From Marsupella aquatica (Eukaryota; Plantae; Marchantiophyta): a stretch of 64,000 nt of DNA. Below are positions 61,333-64,000 of this stretch, piece by piece; the stretch's first letter is position 1, and each line of letters opens with the position of its first letter. The notes beneath the pieces are model-generated. The model made no database searches and was not told the origin of the DNA. It worked only from the letters and a program-made list of their open reading frames with translations. The translations under genes and the position numbers were made by a program. The DNA lies in assembly GCA_973895155.1 (NCBI GenBank), contig OZ316898.1, forward strand, positions 4,947,079-5,011,078. The letters are read 5' to 3'.

Positions 61333-61639
61333 TGAAGAAAACTGCTTTACTAATCTCTTCCATGAATGAGAAGGGGAGGCGGGGGCCCCACATAAATACA
61401 CGCCAGAGATACGGATGGATACTGATCCATCTAGCGGTAGAATACAGTGACCTAAAGATCAACGGTAAAGCAAATAACGTACTAAGCACGTTGATACAAA
61501 TCATCAATATAGACATGCTGAAATCAAGCCGTGATATCCGGGAGGTGGACACAGCAATACAGTCGGTTACAATCATTCTTTACACTTAGAAGCGCAACAC
61601 ACTTTGCTTTGAGTGTCTAAGCGAAAGTGATTGTCAACA
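61333..61639 (-). repeat. 5' LTR of the copia element
   Basis: 307 bp, 304/307 identical to the 3' LTR by manual comparison. Confidence 0.97.
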
Positions 61640-62314
61640 GTTTGGCAGACATGGGTTTTCAGCATTCTTCCAAAGTCCATTGTCCTCATCCATCTTGGGG
61701 TAAAGGGGCAATCCGTGAGATTCAGACACTCATGGATTCCAGAAGTCCGTTGGAATAGTAATCTGGCCTGTAACAAGTACAAACTATGAGTAAGTACGTG
61801 AGATTCTTTCGTCAACTTATCAGAGCTCGAAGTGTCTTTATATTACTGCCTCTGCAGGACACGTTTGTGAAATACTGGTCTGACCGGCTTGGATGGACTG
61901 TTTCGCTACTGAGCTCCAAAACTTTAGATTTCATGCGATATCGTAGTGACATTGAGTCTCGGTGATTTCGACAGTAGCACCACATTGCTCACAATGCGAG
62001 CTTTACAAATTTTCAGTTTGCCACATTCATGAATGGTTGCTTGGCGTCTGTCATCCTCACAGAACAGGTGCAGCGAAATTCTGATATGCATTCTATGACG
62101 CAATATTGATCGACCATTGCAGAATGCTATAGGAAAGGTTTCTCATGTTAAGGTCTGAGTGGGCGTGAGGGCAATCTTTCTGGGCCAATCCTACAGGAAA
62201 ATCTTTCTAGCAAAGAATTGACCCTTCCAGCTCATATACGATGAGCTTTGGTATCCGAACTTTGCTACAAAGTTCTGTCCACTTACTTTTCATCGATTGG
62301 TCACCCAATTGGGT

Positions 62315-62887
62315 AAAGGTGGTAGGATGAGTTTCTGGGGTGAGTCTATGTATGCAATCATGCAGCTTGTGGGTCAGGTCTTTCTTGCAGCTATTCAAAA
62401 GCGTTTCAAGGGCTATGAGATATTTGCTTGAAAGGTGGTAGGATGAGTTTTGGGGGTGGAATCTATGTATGCAATCATGCAGCTTGTGGGACAGGTCTTT
62501 CTTGCAGCTATTCATAAGAGTTCAAAGGGCTATGACATTTTTGCTTAAAGGTGATAGGATGAGTCTGGAGTCTATGTATTCAATCATGGAGCTTGTGGGT
62601 CAGGTCTTTCTTCCAGCTATTCACAAGCGTTTCAAGGGCTATGACATATTTGCTTAAAGTTGGTAGGGTGAGTCTTTGGGGTGGAGTCTGTGTATTCAAT
62701 AATGAGGCTTTTGGGTCAGGGCTTTCTTGCAGCTATCATAAGAGTTTCAAGGGCCATGACATATTTGCTTAAAGGTGATAGGATGAGTCTTTGGGGGTGG
62801 AGTCTGCCTATTCAATCATGAAGTTCGTGGGCCAGGTTTTTCTAGCAGCTTCTCATAAGAGTTTCAAGGGCCATGACATGTTTGCTT
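62315..62887. repeat. ~115-bp tandem repeat x 5
   Basis: aaaggtggtaggatgagt...tctatgtatgcaatcatgcagcttgtggg...tttcaagggctatgacatatttgctt at ~62315, 62431, 62547, 62656 and 62771. Confidence 0.92.
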
Positions 62888-64000
62888 ACTAGAAGGGTGT
62901 CTCAAACCAACCGCTCCCAGAGGTTTTTGTGACCAAAGTACTGTTGGCCAGGTTGTGGATGGATCAAAAACCTGCACTTCCTGCAAAACATGACTTATTA
63001 ACACAGATGGGGTTAGTGCACGGGAGTCTGCAAGGAAATATTGCTTCCTCTGAATTATGTTTGCCTAAAAGTTGGGTTTTGGTTAGGGTTGCGGACAAAC
63101 ATTTCACACAATGGCTGATTGAAAACAAAGGGGGAAAAGTTTGCTTGAGACGCCCTAGGCTACACTACCAAAGAACAAAATCTCCGAACTGGGAACCCCT
63201 CCTGTAGTTTTCTCTTTACAAACCCATGGGAAGTTCCTTGAACCCTGGCTCCACATGACTGTCCATGTATGATATGAGGCAAACAAAAACAGTTAGACCC
63301 AATGACTATAAAAAGATCAAGAAATTGAAAAGTGAAATTTTAAATAACAAACAACGGGATACAATAACATAACCAATCTCCTTGCTATTTCAGGATCTTC
63401 AGAAATTCATGATTGTTTTAGTATTTTTGACCTAATGGGTCAATTTAGGCTCATTGAAAAGCTAGAGAAATCATGACCTGCTTAGTACTTGACCAGATCT
63501 GTTACTTTTAGGCTCATTGGAAGGCTTTTTCAAAAAAGTTTCTAAATGTGTAAACACAAAAGGTTTCATTGAGAAATGAGTGAAAATTTTGATATTGTTA
63601 TTTGTTGAGTATATAGCTAAACTTTCAAGGAACGGCATAGCAATTCAGGAATCCATAAGCTCTTTAATACTTGATGGAATCTAGAAATGGTAGGCTCATT
63701 GAAAAGCTCTTTCAAAAATTCCAAGCATGATGGGTTTGATTGAGAGATGAATGAGATGAGGGGGACACATGAAATTATATTTTGCTGACCACATTGTCTA
63801 TTGTTCAAAAAAGGGCAGAACTACTCAAAAACGTGTCATCTGGCAATGTTAGGTTCATTGGAAATCTCTTTAGAAATGTTTATAAGCATTCTAAGCACAC
63901 TAGAGATTTCATCTTAATGAGAGAGCCATCTGGACTCAGACTTTTAAATTAGGTACTATAAATTTGAAATGAATGGAGAGAAATAAACTGATGATGATGC

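Larger units (their letters stand above)
56014..61639 (-). mobile_element. Full-length Ty1/copia LTR retrotransposon, 5626 bp, recently inserted
   Basis: TG...CA LTRs at 56014-56320 and 61333-61639 (307 bp, 3 mismatches). TSD GTTTG at 56009-56013 and 61640-61644. tRNA-iMet PBS TGGTATCAGAGCC, PPT GAGGGAGGG, and gag-PR-IN-RT-RH domain order. Confidence 0.97.

Noticed and set aside
61573-61815. Minus-strand ORF containing TSGIHE, which resembles the missing P-loop region of the OCA-like gene
   Set aside because: Wrong strand, no acceptor at the needed position, and no similarity continuing past six residues; treated as chance.

Overview
Eukaryotic land-plant nuclear DNA, probably a bryophyte or liverwort (inferred from gene content, intron style and long 5' leaders; not proven). 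Intact genes: the 3' part of augmin subunit 5 (+, ends 5405), RFC2 (+, 7759-10333, first intron looks U12-type), an intronless GT34 glycosyltransferase (-), two convergent TM9SF/TMN12-like paralogs with intronless CDSs, and a 15-exon plastid PHT4;5 transporter (+). Decayed genes: an internally deleted FtsH12 copy (20174-23740) and a frameshifted, truncated OCA/Siw14-family phosphatase (55072-55679). Mobile DNA: a 3.05-kb non-autonomous Helitron whose empty site can be rebuilt inside a ~60-bp tandem array, two copies of a TA-flanked MITE, and a young full-length Ty1/copia element (56014-61639, 307-bp LTRs with 3 mismatches, GTTTG TSD). The main novelty is that this copia carries an intact 196-codon antisense ORF between pol and the 3' LTR. 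It encodes a predicted membrane anchor, coiled coil, F-box-like motif and LC8-like TQ motif, so it is a candidate retrotransposon accessory or host-manipulation gene. All family assignments come from recalled motifs; no database search was run.
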